DNA of 64,000 bases from Candidatus Heimdallarchaeota archaeon (lineage in GTDB: Archaea > Asgardarchaeota > Heimdallarchaeia > Heimdallarchaeales > Heimdallarchaeaceae): assembly GCA_030603365.1 (NCBI GenBank), contig JAUVXV010000002.1, positions 384,001-448,000 on the forward strand, read 5' to 3'. A program made the position numbers and the translations under genes. The notes beneath the pieces are model-generated. The model had not been told where the DNA came from. It worked only from the letters and a program-made list of their open reading frames with translations, and made no database searches. Below are positions 20,505 to 30,343 of the stretch, in pieces (position 1 is the first letter of the stretch; every line of letters starts with the position of its first letter).

Positions 20505-21077
20505 GTGTCTGATATTTATAAAACTAAATCACCTTATATTGGCGAAAAAATAAAACTCCGTCCTTTAGAAAAAGATGATTTAGATGATATCATGGAACAT
20601 TGGAACACTTATGAATCTAGAATTGGTTTAGGTTTATTAATACCTATGTCCTCAATGATGGAAGCTGAATTCATTGAAAGTGTTCATAATAAGGCAAAAA
20701 GCGGAAAAGAGTATGTTTTTGCAATTGAAGAAATTTCAACCGAAAATTTCCTTGGAACTTGTGGAATAGGAACAATCAATTCTGTAAGTAGATCTGCAGA
20801 ATTGGGAATTACCATTCATAATCCTGCAAACCATAGTAAAGGATATGGAACAGATACAATGAGATGTCTTATCAGTTTTGGTTTTAATATTCTAAATCTT
20901 CATCGTATTGAGCTTTTGGTAATGGAATATAATGAACGAGCGATCCATGTTTATAATAAAGTTGGATTCAAGGAAGTGGGAAGAAAGAGAGAGGCTCATT
21001 TTCTACAAGGTATCTATTATGATGTAGTTGTAATGGATATTCTGGAAGATGAATTTAGGAAGATCTATTCAGAATAG
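20505..21077 (+). CDS. GNAT N-acetyltransferase (RimJ/RimL-like)
   Basis: 'KGYGT', 'LNLHRIEL', 'NERAIHVYNKVGFKEVGR.RE'. Confidence 0.9.
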   Translation: MSDIYKTKSPYIGEKIKLRPLEKDDLDDIMEHWNTYESRIGLGLLIPMSSMMEAEFIESVHNKAKSGKEYVFAIEEISTENFLGTCGIGTINSVSRSAELGITIHNPANHSKGYGTDTMRCLISFGFNILNLHRIELLVMEYNERAIHVYNKVGFKEVGRKREAHFLQGIYYDVVVMDILEDEFRKIYSE

Positions 21078-21133
21078 CATCGGACTCATACACAAATCTT
21101 ATAATTAACTAGATTTTCCACATTCTGTCTCTA

Positions 21134-22696
21134 ATGAACAAAAATAGCAAAGAAGGGGCAGACGACAAGAGTACTATGAAGGTCTGGGTTCTTATTTCAG
21201 CAACAGGAATTGGAGCATTTTTAGCTTCTCTCGATGGAACTATAGTTAATATCAGCTTACCACAGATGATGGATAGTTTAGGTGTAGCACAGCATCAGAT
21301 TCAGTGGGTAGTTTTATGTTATCTTCTAACTATGATTGCCTTTACAACAGTTTCAGGAGATTTGGGTGACAGATTCTCTAATAAAAAAGTCTTTCAGATC
21401 GGTATGATTGTTTTTTCATTAGCTTCGCTTCTTTGTTTTTTTGCTAGATCTTTGTTTGTCTTAGTTCTTTTCAGAATCATACAAGGTATAGGAGCTACAG
21501 GATTAGTAGCAAATGGTATGGCTATTATAACAAGGTTTACAACAAGGGAAAATAGAGGTTTAGCAATAGGATTGAACTCCTTACTTATTGCAGTTGGAAT
21601 ATCTTTAGGACCTATTCTTGGTGGAGCTTTAACTGAATTTCTTGACGGTGTTTTGAATGGATATTCAGGATGGCCCTTTATATTTCTCATAAACGTACCC
21701 ATTGGTTTAATTGGCTTCTTCTGGGTTCAACATATTATACCTCCTACTCCTCCTCTCCAAGAAAGTCGACGTAAAGCTGATATTCTAGGTTCAATTTCAT
21801 TGTCAGGTTTTCTGTTCCTATTGGTGTTCTGTTTTAGTGTTTTTGCTAGTATATTTGATAAATTAATTTTTGGTTCAAACGCAGATATATGGACTGAAAC
21901 TGGACTAACTACGAATATCAATCTATATAGTACGTTTGGTCAACATGCTTCAGTATGGGCAGGATTGAGTTTTGCTATGAGCATAATTTTTCTTATCTTT
22001 TTTATCTTCTGGGAGAAAAAAACACCTCATCCTGTAGTCGATTTGTCAATGTTCAAGAATCGAAGGTTTACAGTTGGTATTTTTTCAGGGGTTTTAGCAT
22101 ATCTTGGTTTATGTGTGATTATCTATCAATTACCTTTCTTTGTTCAACAAATCCTGCATTATGATACTTTCCGAACAGGTGTAGCAATCATGGGGACACC
22201 AATTGGATTGGCACTTGCAGCTGTAGCCTCAGGAGCAGTAGCCAATAAAATTGATGTTAAATATCTTTCTACAACGGGAATCGGTATAATGATGTTAGCT
22301 CTTGTGTTAGGTGCCTTATTCATTACTGATGTTGTTCCAACAGTAGTAATAGTAATAATATCTTCAATTATTGGAATAGCTTTGGGGATTTTCATAGCAC
22401 CTAATAATACTTCTGTAATGTCAGCTGCGCCTGAAAAGAAACTTGGTATAGCCAACAGTATGCTGAGTCTTTCAACTAATGTTGGATTCAGTTTGGGAAC
22501 AGCACTAGCAACTGCTGTTTTTGTTTATACTCAAAACGTATTTCAAAGAGCTAATGGTGGTTCAATAGATGATGTCATTAACTATGTTCCAGCTATGAGA
22601 GTGCTATTTGGTGTATTTGCTGGGTTCATGCTATTCTCTACAATATTCTCATATTTCAGAGGACCAAAAATTGAGATAGAAAATAATAAGACTTGA
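21134..22696 (+). CDS. DHA2 (EmrB/QacA-like) MFS efflux transporter
   Basis: 'LDGTIVNISLP', 'GDLGDRF', 'RIIQGIG', 'GPILGG', 'FLINVPIG'; about 14 TM. Confidence 0.92.
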   Translation: MNKNSKEGADDKSTMKVWVLISATGIGAFLASLDGTIVNISLPQMMDSLGVAQHQIQWVVLCYLLTMIAFTTVSGDLGDRFSNKKVFQIGMIVFSLASLLCFFARSLFVLVLFRIIQGIGATGLVANGMAIITRFTTRENRGLAIGLNSLLIAVGISLGPILGGALTEFLDGVLNGYSGWPFIFLINVPIGLIGFFWVQHIIPPTPPLQESRRKADILGSISLSGFLFLLVFCFSVFASIFDKLIFGSNADIWTETGLTTNINLYSTFGQHASVWAGLSFAMSIIFLIFFIFWEKKTPHPVVDLSMFKNRRFTVGIFSGVLAYLGLCVIIYQLPFFVQQILHYDTFRTGVAIMGTPIGLALAAVASGAVANKIDVKYLSTTGIGIMMLALVLGALFITDVVPTVVIVIISSIIGIALGIFIAPNNTSVMSAAPEKKLGIANSMLSLSTNVGFSLGTALATAVFVYTQNVFQRANGGSIDDVINYVPAMRVLFGVFAGFMLFSTIFSYFRGPKIEIENNKT

Positions 22697-22698
22697 AA

Positions 22699-23754
22699 TC
22701 AAATCTTACAGAAATTTGTTACAAGTTTTATTGTATTAATTATGTCGTCTACCAATAGAAGACCAGCGTTAGCATGAATATATCTACAAGGAACAGATAC
22801 AACTCCTGAGGGCACTCCAGCTCTTGTTCTAGATATCGCTCCAGCATCAGTTCCTCCATATGTTGGTTTCTTGTACTGCCATTTTATGTTGTCCACTTCC
22901 GCAGCTTGTTTAATCCTATCTAGTATTTTTTTTGGTACAATCAAAGATCTATCTGCAGCTGTAACAGCAGGTCCATCTCCCAATTTAGTTACTATTTTCT
23001 GATTAGGAACACCAGGAACATCACTTGCAATAGTATTTTCAAGTGCTAGAGCTATACTTGGTTCTAATGTATAGCCAGCTACCATTGCACCTCTTCCACC
23101 AACTTCCTCTTGAACTGCGAAATTAATCAATAAGGTATGTGGAATTTCTGCATCCTTTAGTTCTTCCAGTACATGTATAATTACATTACAAGCAGTTCTA
23201 TCGTCGAATGCTTTTCCTAGAAGAGTGTCATCATTAAGCTTTTTACATTCAGTATAAAATGTACCAACGGAACCAATATCCAAACCTAGGGCTAATACAG
23301 CTTTTTTATCTTTACACCCTATATCTACAAACATTTCATTAATTGCTGGAACTTGTTCTCTTTCATCGGGTTTTGTAATATGAGGTGGTGCTGCTCCTAC
23401 AACACCCAGAATCTGTTCTTTTTTCACTGTTTGAAATTGTAGTAAAGCTCCTAGCATGAGTCTTTTATCTATACCACCTAAAGTTTCAATCGTGAGAAAA
23501 CCCTTATCATCTATGTGTGAGATCATAAATCCTACTTCATCAACATGACCATCTAGCATAATTCTTAATCCATTTGGATCAGTTCCTTCTTTTATTGCTA
23601 GAACATTTCCTAACGGGTCAATCCAAGCTTTATCTACACCTAATTTTTCCAACTTAATCAGGATATAATCAGTTACTTCTTCCTCGTGTCCAGGAACTCC
23701 AATAAGATTGCTTAATTCAATTTGTGTGTTAATTACGCTCTCTCTGTTTACCAT
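22699..23754 (-). CDS. M42 family (TET) aminopeptidase
   Basis: GHVDEVG, KAFDDR, QEEVG, GGTDAG, RYIH. Confidence 0.93.
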   Translation of the reverse strand: MVNRESVINTQIELSNLIGVPGHEEEVTDYILIKLEKLGVDKAWIDPLGNVLAIKEGTDPNGLRIMLDGHVDEVGFMISHIDDKGFLTIETLGGIDKRLMLGALLQFQTVKKEQILGVVGAAPPHITKPDEREQVPAINEMFVDIGCKDKKAVLALGLDIGSVGTFYTECKKLNDDTLLGKAFDDRTACNVIIHVLEELKDAEIPHTLLINFAVQEEVGGRGAMVAGYTLEPSIALALENTIASDVPGVPNQKIVTKLGDGPAVTAADRSLIVPKKILDRIKQAAEVDNIKWQYKKPTYGGTDAGAISRTRAGVPSGVVSVPCRYIHANAGLLLVDDIINTIKLVTNFCKI

Positions 23755-23880
23755 TTTGATTTCAAAAAGAATTTTGAAAGAATTTTATTAAAACTTTCTA
23801 TATGAATTGGATGATTCTGAACTAAATTTGATAAGTAGTAATCTTTATTTAATCCAATTTTTCACTTAACGTTGAGTACT

Positions 23881-24681
23881 ATGAAAATTATTGTGTTTAT
23901 AGACCAGATTGTAAGCACACAAGTTAAACTTCAAGGTGTAGATTATTTTGATCCCTCAAAAGTAAATGAGGATGATTTAGTTATCAATCCAACAAGTAAA
24001 AACGCCATTGAAGGTGCTCTAAAATTGAAAGATAGTTTAGAAGCAACAGTAACTGCAGTGTGTGTAAGAGGTTTAAAACCAATCAAAGCTTTAAGAGAAG
24101 CTATTGCTATGGGATGTACTGACGCAATTGAAATTGCTGATGAAATATTATATACTGAAGATCCTTTACTTCTTGCTAAGATTTACGTAGATGTTTTGGA
24201 GAAATTCGGTGATTTTGATTTAGTTTTTCTAGGTGTTGAAGAACAATCTACAAGCTCGTATGCTGTTGGAGCAATGCTTGCAGAAAAATTAGGTTTACCT
24301 AGTGTTCTATATGCTGAGGAAATGGAAACTATTGATAGTGGTTTTCAAGTAGGACATGTTCTAGAAGGAGGAAGAAATATTGTCACTATTCCTAAGAAAG
24401 CTCTAATAAGTGTTAGTGACAGTCAATATTTTACTCCTAGATATACTTCTATGAGAGGAATTCTAACTGCAAAAAGAGCAGAAATACCATCTTGGACAGC
24501 AGCAGACTTAGGATTAAGTACCGGTGTTGCAGGAAAAGAAGCAGCGTCTCTTCAACAAGTCTCTTTAACCAATATTGTGATTGAAAGAGAAAGCTACATA
24601 ATCAACGAAGGAGAACCTGAAGAAATGGTAGATAAGCTTCTTGCGAAATTAAAAGAAGATGAAGTTAAATTGGGAGCGTGA
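23881..24681 (+). CDS. etfB: Electron transfer flavoprotein beta subunit (EtfB/FixA)
   Basis: 'INP..NAIEGAL', 'LREAIAMG', 'PRYTSMRGI.AK'; upstream of etfA. Confidence 0.88.
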   Translation: MKIIVFIDQIVSTQVKLQGVDYFDPSKVNEDDLVINPTSKNAIEGALKLKDSLEATVTAVCVRGLKPIKALREAIAMGCTDAIEIADEILYTEDPLLLAKIYVDVLEKFGDFDLVFLGVEEQSTSSYAVGAMLAEKLGLPSVLYAEEMETIDSGFQVGHVLEGGRNIVTIPKKALISVSDSQYFTPRYTSMRGILTAKRAEIPSWTAADLGLSTGVAGKEAASLQQVSLTNIVIERESYIINEGEPEEMVDKLLAKLKEDEVKLGA

Positions 24682-24686
24682 AATAA

Positions 24687-25643
24687 ATGAAGATACTAGT
24701 ATACGGACAAATCAGAGATAATTTACTTGAAGAAAATCTTCTTGGTATTCTCAATAAGCTTTCTGAGGTTTTTCAAGGTAGTGAGATTTATGCTGCAATT
24801 CTTGGAAGTCAGATTAACAACGAATGGACTGGAGAATTGGGAAAACATGGTGTTAAGAAGGTATATACTGTTGAAGCACCAGAATTAGAGAATTATCTAA
24901 GTCGTCCTTATGTTAAATCCATGCTTGAGATTATTGAAAAAGCAGAACCAACTTTAGTTATGGCTGCTGGTACTGTGTTTGGTGAAGACTTGATTCCAAG
25001 ATTAGCAGTACATCATGGTGTATCATGCGCACAGAGAGTTGTAAATATCACCTTGGAAGGAGAAGATATTCTTTTCCATACACCAGTCAGAGATGATCAA
25101 GCTATGAAGATTACTAAAATTGAAGGTGTAATCAAGTTTGCAACATCACGTACTGGAGCTTTCTTTGAAAATGAAAATCCTTCAGGAAGTGCTCCTGAAA
25201 TAGAAAAAGTTGAAATTTCATTTGATGCTGATGATATGGTTGTTAAGCATGTTGAAGTTAGGAAAGCAGAAAGAACAGTTAATTTGAAAGATGCCAAACT
25301 AATCGTAGCTGGAGGAAGAGGAGTAGGCGGAAAAGATAATTTCCAGATTCTTAAAGATTTAGCTGAACTCCTTGGAGGAGAAATTGGTGCAACTCGAGCT
25401 TGTACCGATGTTCATTGGATAGAAGAAACTTATGAGATTGGACAAACTGGTCAATCAGTATCTCCTGACATATATATTGCAGCTGGAATTTCAGGTGCTC
25501 CTCAACATTTAAGCGGTGTAAAAGCAAAAACTTTTATTGCAATCAATACTGATGAGGGTGCTCCAATACTCAAGTATGCTGACTATGGAATCATTGGAGA
25601 CTTACTTGTAATTTTACCCTTACTCAAGAAGAAGTTAGAGTAA
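24687..25643 (+). CDS. etfA: Electron transfer flavoprotein alpha subunit (EtfA/FixB)
   Basis: 'VAGGRG', 'IGQTG', 'GISGAPQH', 'AINTD..API'. Confidence 0.93.
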   Translation: MKILVYGQIRDNLLEENLLGILNKLSEVFQGSEIYAAILGSQINNEWTGELGKHGVKKVYTVEAPELENYLSRPYVKSMLEIIEKAEPTLVMAAGTVFGEDLIPRLAVHHGVSCAQRVVNITLEGEDILFHTPVRDDQAMKITKIEGVIKFATSRTGAFFENENPSGSAPEIEKVEISFDADDMVVKHVEVRKAERTVNLKDAKLIVAGGRGVGGKDNFQILKDLAELLGGEIGATRACTDVHWIEETYEIGQTGQSVSPDIYIAAGISGAPQHLSGVKAKTFIAINTDEGAPILKYADYGIIGDLLVILPLLKKKLE

Positions 25644-25695
25644 AACTTCTTTCTTTTTTTCCATTTAAATCCCCAAGATTTATATTATTTCAATT

Positions 25696-26394
25696 TTGCA
25701 TATAATTGTGAAAGGAATATTCAGGAATGAAAGAGCTACTGAAATAGCAAATAATCGAACACCAATTAAATTCTTACCCAATGCTAAGATTATTCTTCAT
25801 TTAATTGCAGGAAAATCATCTACAATTGATAAGAACTATAACATCGAGTTGATTTCGAGAAATCCTAAACTCCTCAAACCCATCAAATATATGGGGATGG
25901 AATTAAGTCACACTTTTGATGGTTTTCTAACTCACACTTCAGATCTTTCAGGAGTTGCTAGATCATATGTTCACCTTTATCGTAAAGGTATAATTGAAGC
26001 TGTTGAAGGAAGTCTTTTTAAACCTGTAGCATCGAATTTGGAAATCCCTAGTATTGCATTCGAAGAAGAGATTCTGAAAGCTGTCCCTGATTATATTGAA
26101 GTTTTCAAACAAATTTCTGTTAATCCTCCTTTCAGTATTTATTTAACTTTAGTCCAGATTCGAGATTATACGATGAAATTGAATAAAGAAATTCTTGGTG
26201 TTCATCCTGTTCCTGTTGATAGAGATGAACTAAGACTACCAGAGATTTTTATTGAAGATTATGAACAAACAGTAGATATTCCCAGACTTTTTCAACCTTG
26301 GTTTGATGAAATATGGACTGTTTGTGGAATGTTCAAATCTTTCAATTACGATGAACATGGGAATTGGGGTTATGGATTGAACTCTAACAAGTGA
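25696..26394 (+). CDS. Hypothetical protein resembling the C-terminal domain of AlbA_2/Schlafen-domain proteins
   Basis: 'IILHLI', 'SYVHLYRKGIIEA', 'PSIAFE', 'RDELRLPE', 'PWFDEIWTVCG..S.NYD..G.W'; resemblance from memory. Confidence 0.55.
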   Translation: MHIIVKGIFRNERATEIANNRTPIKFLPNAKIILHLIAGKSSTIDKNYNIELISRNPKLLKPIKYMGMELSHTFDGFLTHTSDLSGVARSYVHLYRKGIIEAVEGSLFKPVASNLEIPSIAFEEEILKAVPDYIEVFKQISVNPPFSIYLTLVQIRDYTMKLNKEILGVHPVPVDRDELRLPEIFIEDYEQTVDIPRLFQPWFDEIWTVCGMFKSFNYDEHGNWGYGLNSNK

Positions 26395-26451
26395 AATCGT
26401 AATTTGACAAGTAGTATGATTTATAAATCGATATTTTGAACTCAAAGCATA

Positions 26452-27747
26452 ATGTCAGAAGAATATGATTTTGATGTTGCTATAGTTGGTGCAGGACCAG
26501 CAGGTATTGCAGCAGCTTTGACACTAGCACGAGCAGGAATAGAAACAGTTGTTCTAGAAAGAGGTCAATATCCTGGTTCTAAAAATGTTAGTGGCGCAGC
26601 ACTTTATGGTCCAGTACTACACGAACTAGTCCCAAACTACTGGGAAGATGACAAATCATTTGAAAGATACCTAACAACTAAGAAAATTTCTTTACTTTCT
26701 GAATCACGTTCTGTAACAATAGATGCAGATCTTAGAAATTTTTCTCAACCACCATATAATGGAGTTACAGTAATCAGACCTAAATTTGACAGATGGTTAG
26801 CAGAAAAAGCTGAAGAAGCAGGAGCTATGATTCTTCCAGATACCATGGTAGAGGATTTAGTATGGAAAGAAAAACAAGTTGTTGGTGTTAAATCAGGTGA
26901 AGAGGAACTCAAAGCTAAACTAATTATCATAGCTGAAGGAGCTAATAGTCTATTAGTTGAAAAAGCAAATTTGATGAAGAAACCCAAACCTAAGCATTAT
27001 GCTTTAGGTATGAAAGAAACATATGAACTTTCTAGTAAGAAAATAGAAGAAAGATTTCATCTTAGTGAGAATGAAGGTATAAGTAATGAAATTCTAGGGC
27101 ATACCAAAGGTATTCCAGGAGGAGGTTTTTACTATACAAATAAAGAGACAGTCTCTTTTGGTTTGATTTTGAACATGGATGTCTTGACTAAAAAGAAACT
27201 TGAAGCTCCAGATGTTTTTGAAGAATTCAAGAATCACTCTTACATAAGTAAACTTCTCAAAGATGCAAAGATGGTAGAATATTCCGCTCATATTATTCCA
27301 GAAGGTGGTTTTAAGCACATGCCAAAGCTGTATGGTAATGGTGTTTTAGTTGCTGGTGATGCAGCTGGAATGGTATTAAACGCTGGACTCTACATTGAAG
27401 GAATCAATTTTGCTTTAGAATCAGGCAGAATAGCTGGTGAATCAGCAATAGAAATTCTCAAATCTAATAAATTCAATAAAAGTGGTACAAAATTGTACAA
27501 AAAGAATCTTAAGAAAAGTTTTGCTTACAAAGATTTGAAAACATTCAGAAGAGCTTCGCATTTCTTAGAAAATAAGCATATGTTCACTACAGTGCCAGAT
27601 TTATTAACAGTATTAATGGAGAAACTTCTAAGAAATGATGGAAAACCCAGAAAAAGAATCGTTATGACTGCCATTGGTCATATACTAAGAAAAACACCTC
27701 TTTGGGGGATGTTTAAACTGTTATTAGGAGCGGTGAGATCATTATGA
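26452..27747 (+). CDS. fixC: FixC-like ETF:quinone oxidoreductase, FAD subunit
   Basis: GAGPAG, 'ERGQYPGSKNVSG', 'EYSAHIIPEGG', GDAAG. Confidence 0.92.
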   Translation: MSEEYDFDVAIVGAGPAGIAAALTLARAGIETVVLERGQYPGSKNVSGAALYGPVLHELVPNYWEDDKSFERYLTTKKISLLSESRSVTIDADLRNFSQPPYNGVTVIRPKFDRWLAEKAEEAGAMILPDTMVEDLVWKEKQVVGVKSGEEELKAKLIIIAEGANSLLVEKANLMKKPKPKHYALGMKETYELSSKKIEERFHLSENEGISNEILGHTKGIPGGGFYYTNKETVSFGLILNMDVLTKKKLEAPDVFEEFKNHSYISKLLKDAKMVEYSAHIIPEGGFKHMPKLYGNGVLVAGDAAGMVLNAGLYIEGINFALESGRIAGESAIEILKSNKFNKSGTKLYKKNLKKSFAYKDLKTFRRASHFLENKHMFTTVPDLLTVLMEKLLRNDGKPRKRIVMTAIGHILRKTPLWGMFKLLLGAVRSL

Positions 27748-28046
27748 GCAAAGTACAATCTATTGAGGAAAAATTGGATCTAACAAAGTTTATATCAGAT
27801 CAGAATTATGCACATATTACTATTAATCCAGAGATTTGTAAATCGAAATGTACTACATTCCAATGTGTATATGGGTGTCCTTCAAGTTGTTACAAATTTA
27901 CCGAAGGTGACGAAGCTGAAGGACCTGTATCTTTTGATTACATTTCTTGTCTGGAATGTGGTACCTGTAAACTTGTATGTCCTCATGAAAGTGTTGAATG
28001 GCACTATCCTAAGGGCGGATTTGGTGTTGAATTCAAACATAGTTAA
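27744..28046 (+). CDS. fixX: FixX-like ferredoxin
   Basis: CLECGTCKLVCP, 'W.YPKGGFGV'; overlaps fixC stop. Confidence 0.92.
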   Translation: MSKVQSIEEKLDLTKFISDQNYAHITINPEICKSKCTTFQCVYGCPSSCYKFTEGDEAEGPVSFDYISCLECGTCKLVCPHESVEWHYPKGGFGVEFKHS

Positions 28047-28155
28047 TTTTCTTAAAGCCAGATAGAAATATCTGAGCTTTAAGTTATCACATTTTTTCAT
28101 CCTTAAATATTCAAAAAACCTTTTTTTGTCAAGATATGTCCTTTGTGTGGTGGAT

Positions 28156-29394
28156 ATGAGAATTGAGAATATTCAAGCAAAAACACTCATTAGAACGAGT
28201 AATAGAAGCCCTCATCATATCCACATGAATCTATACCAAGGATGTTTTCACAACTGTGTATATTGTAATGGAACTGCTGAGACATACCATATGCATGATG
28301 ATTTTGGTTTGACAATTAAAGCTAAAGTGAATGCACCAGAGTTATTAGAAAGGTATCTTCTGAAAGAAGGGTATGTCCCTTTCAATCGCGATGGAAGAAT
28401 AACCTTAGATGAGTTTCTTTCAACACAAACTAAAACGAATACGAACTATGAATTGCCGAACTTTGTTCTGAGTTTATTTGGGAATGTATGTGACGTTTAC
28501 CAACCAGCAGAGGAAGAACTTGAACTAACAAGAACACTCTTGCAAATAGCATATGATTTTGGAGTTCCAGTAAGATTGCTGACAAAAAGCACATTAGTTT
28601 TGAGAGATTTAGACCTCCTCAAGAAAATTCATGACACCTCTTTCGCTCGTGTTGCTTTCACCATTACTCTTGCAGATGAGGAGGATCAAAGCAATTTTGA
28701 ACCAAATGCTAGCTCAACAGCTGAAAGGTTAGAAGCTTTGAGATTGTTAAGAAAAGAAGGAATTCCTTCTGGAGCATATATAACTCCTATTATACCTTTG
28801 ATCGGAGATACTGAGGAAAATCTAGGGCATCTCTTCAAGAAACTACAACAAATCAATGCAGAATTTGTTATTACAGGAGGGTTAACTCTGAAACCTGGTA
28901 GAAATAAGGACTCTTTCATGCAAGTTATAATAGATAAATATCCAGAATACTACTCACAAATATCCAATCTTTATTCAAATAATAGTCCTTATGGTCAACC
29001 AAACTCAGATGTAGCAAAAAGGTTAGATTTGCTCAAACCAGTTCAACAAGGATATGAACGAGCCAGAGAGTATGGTATTAATTTCTATGAACCCAGATTT
29101 ATTCCCAATGTTAAGTATAGGAAAAATCTTGAGGTGGCAACATATCTTGCGAGGATAGGATTTCTCAAAGAGGAAATATTTAGGGAAAATTATGGAGAAG
29201 CAAGAGAGTATAGAAATGCAGCCTCAAAGCTCGAATTTCTAGATAAAGACATTCAAGAAAAATCTGATTCTAAAATCAAGGGATTAGACTTTCCGGAATA
29301 CATAAAAAATCATATAATAGAAATAATTAGCACTGGAAAAAGTAATTATCTTGAAGAGAAAAACGATTTTGGAGAACTTTTTTACATTAAATAG
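28156..29394 (+). CDS. Radical SAM protein, SplB/Rv2578c-like
   Basis: 'NLYQGCFHNCVYC', 'DVYQPAE', 'LTKS.LVLRDLD', 'FEPNA...ERL'. Confidence 0.85.
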   Translation: MRIENIQAKTLIRTSNRSPHHIHMNLYQGCFHNCVYCNGTAETYHMHDDFGLTIKAKVNAPELLERYLLKEGYVPFNRDGRITLDEFLSTQTKTNTNYELPNFVLSLFGNVCDVYQPAEEELELTRTLLQIAYDFGVPVRLLTKSTLVLRDLDLLKKIHDTSFARVAFTITLADEEDQSNFEPNASSTAERLEALRLLRKEGIPSGAYITPIIPLIGDTEENLGHLFKKLQQINAEFVITGGLTLKPGRNKDSFMQVIIDKYPEYYSQISNLYSNNSPYGQPNSDVAKRLDLLKPVQQGYERAREYGINFYEPRFIPNVKYRKNLEVATYLARIGFLKEEIFRENYGEAREYRNAASKLEFLDKDIQEKSDSKIKGLDFPEYIKNHIIEIISTGKSNYLEEKNDFGELFYIK

Positions 29395-29462
29395 TTGGTT
29401 TTCACATACAAATTTGCCCTTTCCTTGCGATAGATTTTTGAATAAAGATTGAGAAAACATTC

Positions 29463-30332
29463 TTGAGTTTAATGAGTGATATTGATCAACTTAAAGAAAT
29501 TATCCCAGATGTTATTGCTGGATTTGTAAGATATGCGGATTATTTATCTGTTCCTGATATCTCTCCTATCAAAAACAAAGACACTCTTTTACCTGTTTTA
29601 AAGAGAATGAAAGAAGGGGGAGCTAATGGGTGCCTTTTCTACCTTTATGATGGAGAAATGGTTCAGTTTCTTAATACCCTTTATACAGAAATTAAAGATT
29701 TTCCAATTATGGTCATCGTTCGTTCAGCTGAAATAGGTAAAATTACAGAGCTACTCCAACAACTTGAATTTAAACCTTTTATGATCTTCCTTGATTACTC
29801 TATTGCAGATCAGAGAGACAATGAACTTGTAGTTAAATACACCAATGTTGTTTCAAAATACACTGAACATATTGGACTATTTAGTATAGAACCCATTGGA
29901 ACCGTATCGTTCTTTATTACAGCCAATCAACAAATTAAAACATACTTAATTCCGTTCAATATGTTAGGGTTTGGTGTTCAGAACCGAAGTTTGCTTGAAA
30001 TGATAGTTAATTCATCTGAGAATATATATATCACTATGAATCCGCTAGCTCAGGGAAGAATTAAGCCAAGGCAAGCCTTTGATTATATTACAACTCACAA
30101 AATCCATGGATCAATTGTTGAAATTGAGAATGTAGATATAAATTTAGAAGCGGTGAAATTTGCAAAATATTTCTTCGAAACACATGATTTTCTACAAATT
30201 GCTCTAGAATTTGAAGATCATGCTGAAGTTTGTGAAAACTGCGGTTTGGGAATGTACAGATATTTCCCACCATCAGGGGGAAGTGGTTTTTACTGTCCTC
30301 AATGCCAAACAACTAAAGATCTAGCAAAATAA
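29463..30332 (+). CDS. Hypothetical protein: aldo-keto-reductase-like barrel fragment plus C-terminal zinc ribbon
   Basis: 'PFNMLGF', 'MNPLAQGRIKP..AFDY'; CENC...CPQC. Confidence 0.5.
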   Translation: MSLMSDIDQLKEIIPDVIAGFVRYADYLSVPDISPIKNKDTLLPVLKRMKEGGANGCLFYLYDGEMVQFLNTLYTEIKDFPIMVIVRSAEIGKITELLQQLEFKPFMIFLDYSIADQRDNELVVKYTNVVSKYTEHIGLFSIEPIGTVSFFITANQQIKTYLIPFNMLGFGVQNRSLLEMIVNSSENIYITMNPLAQGRIKPRQAFDYITTHKIHGSIVEIENVDINLEAVKFAKYFFETHDFLQIALEFEDHAEVCENCGLGMYRYFPPSGGSGFYCPQCQTTKDLAK

Positions 30333-30343
30333 CAAACCAGTAG

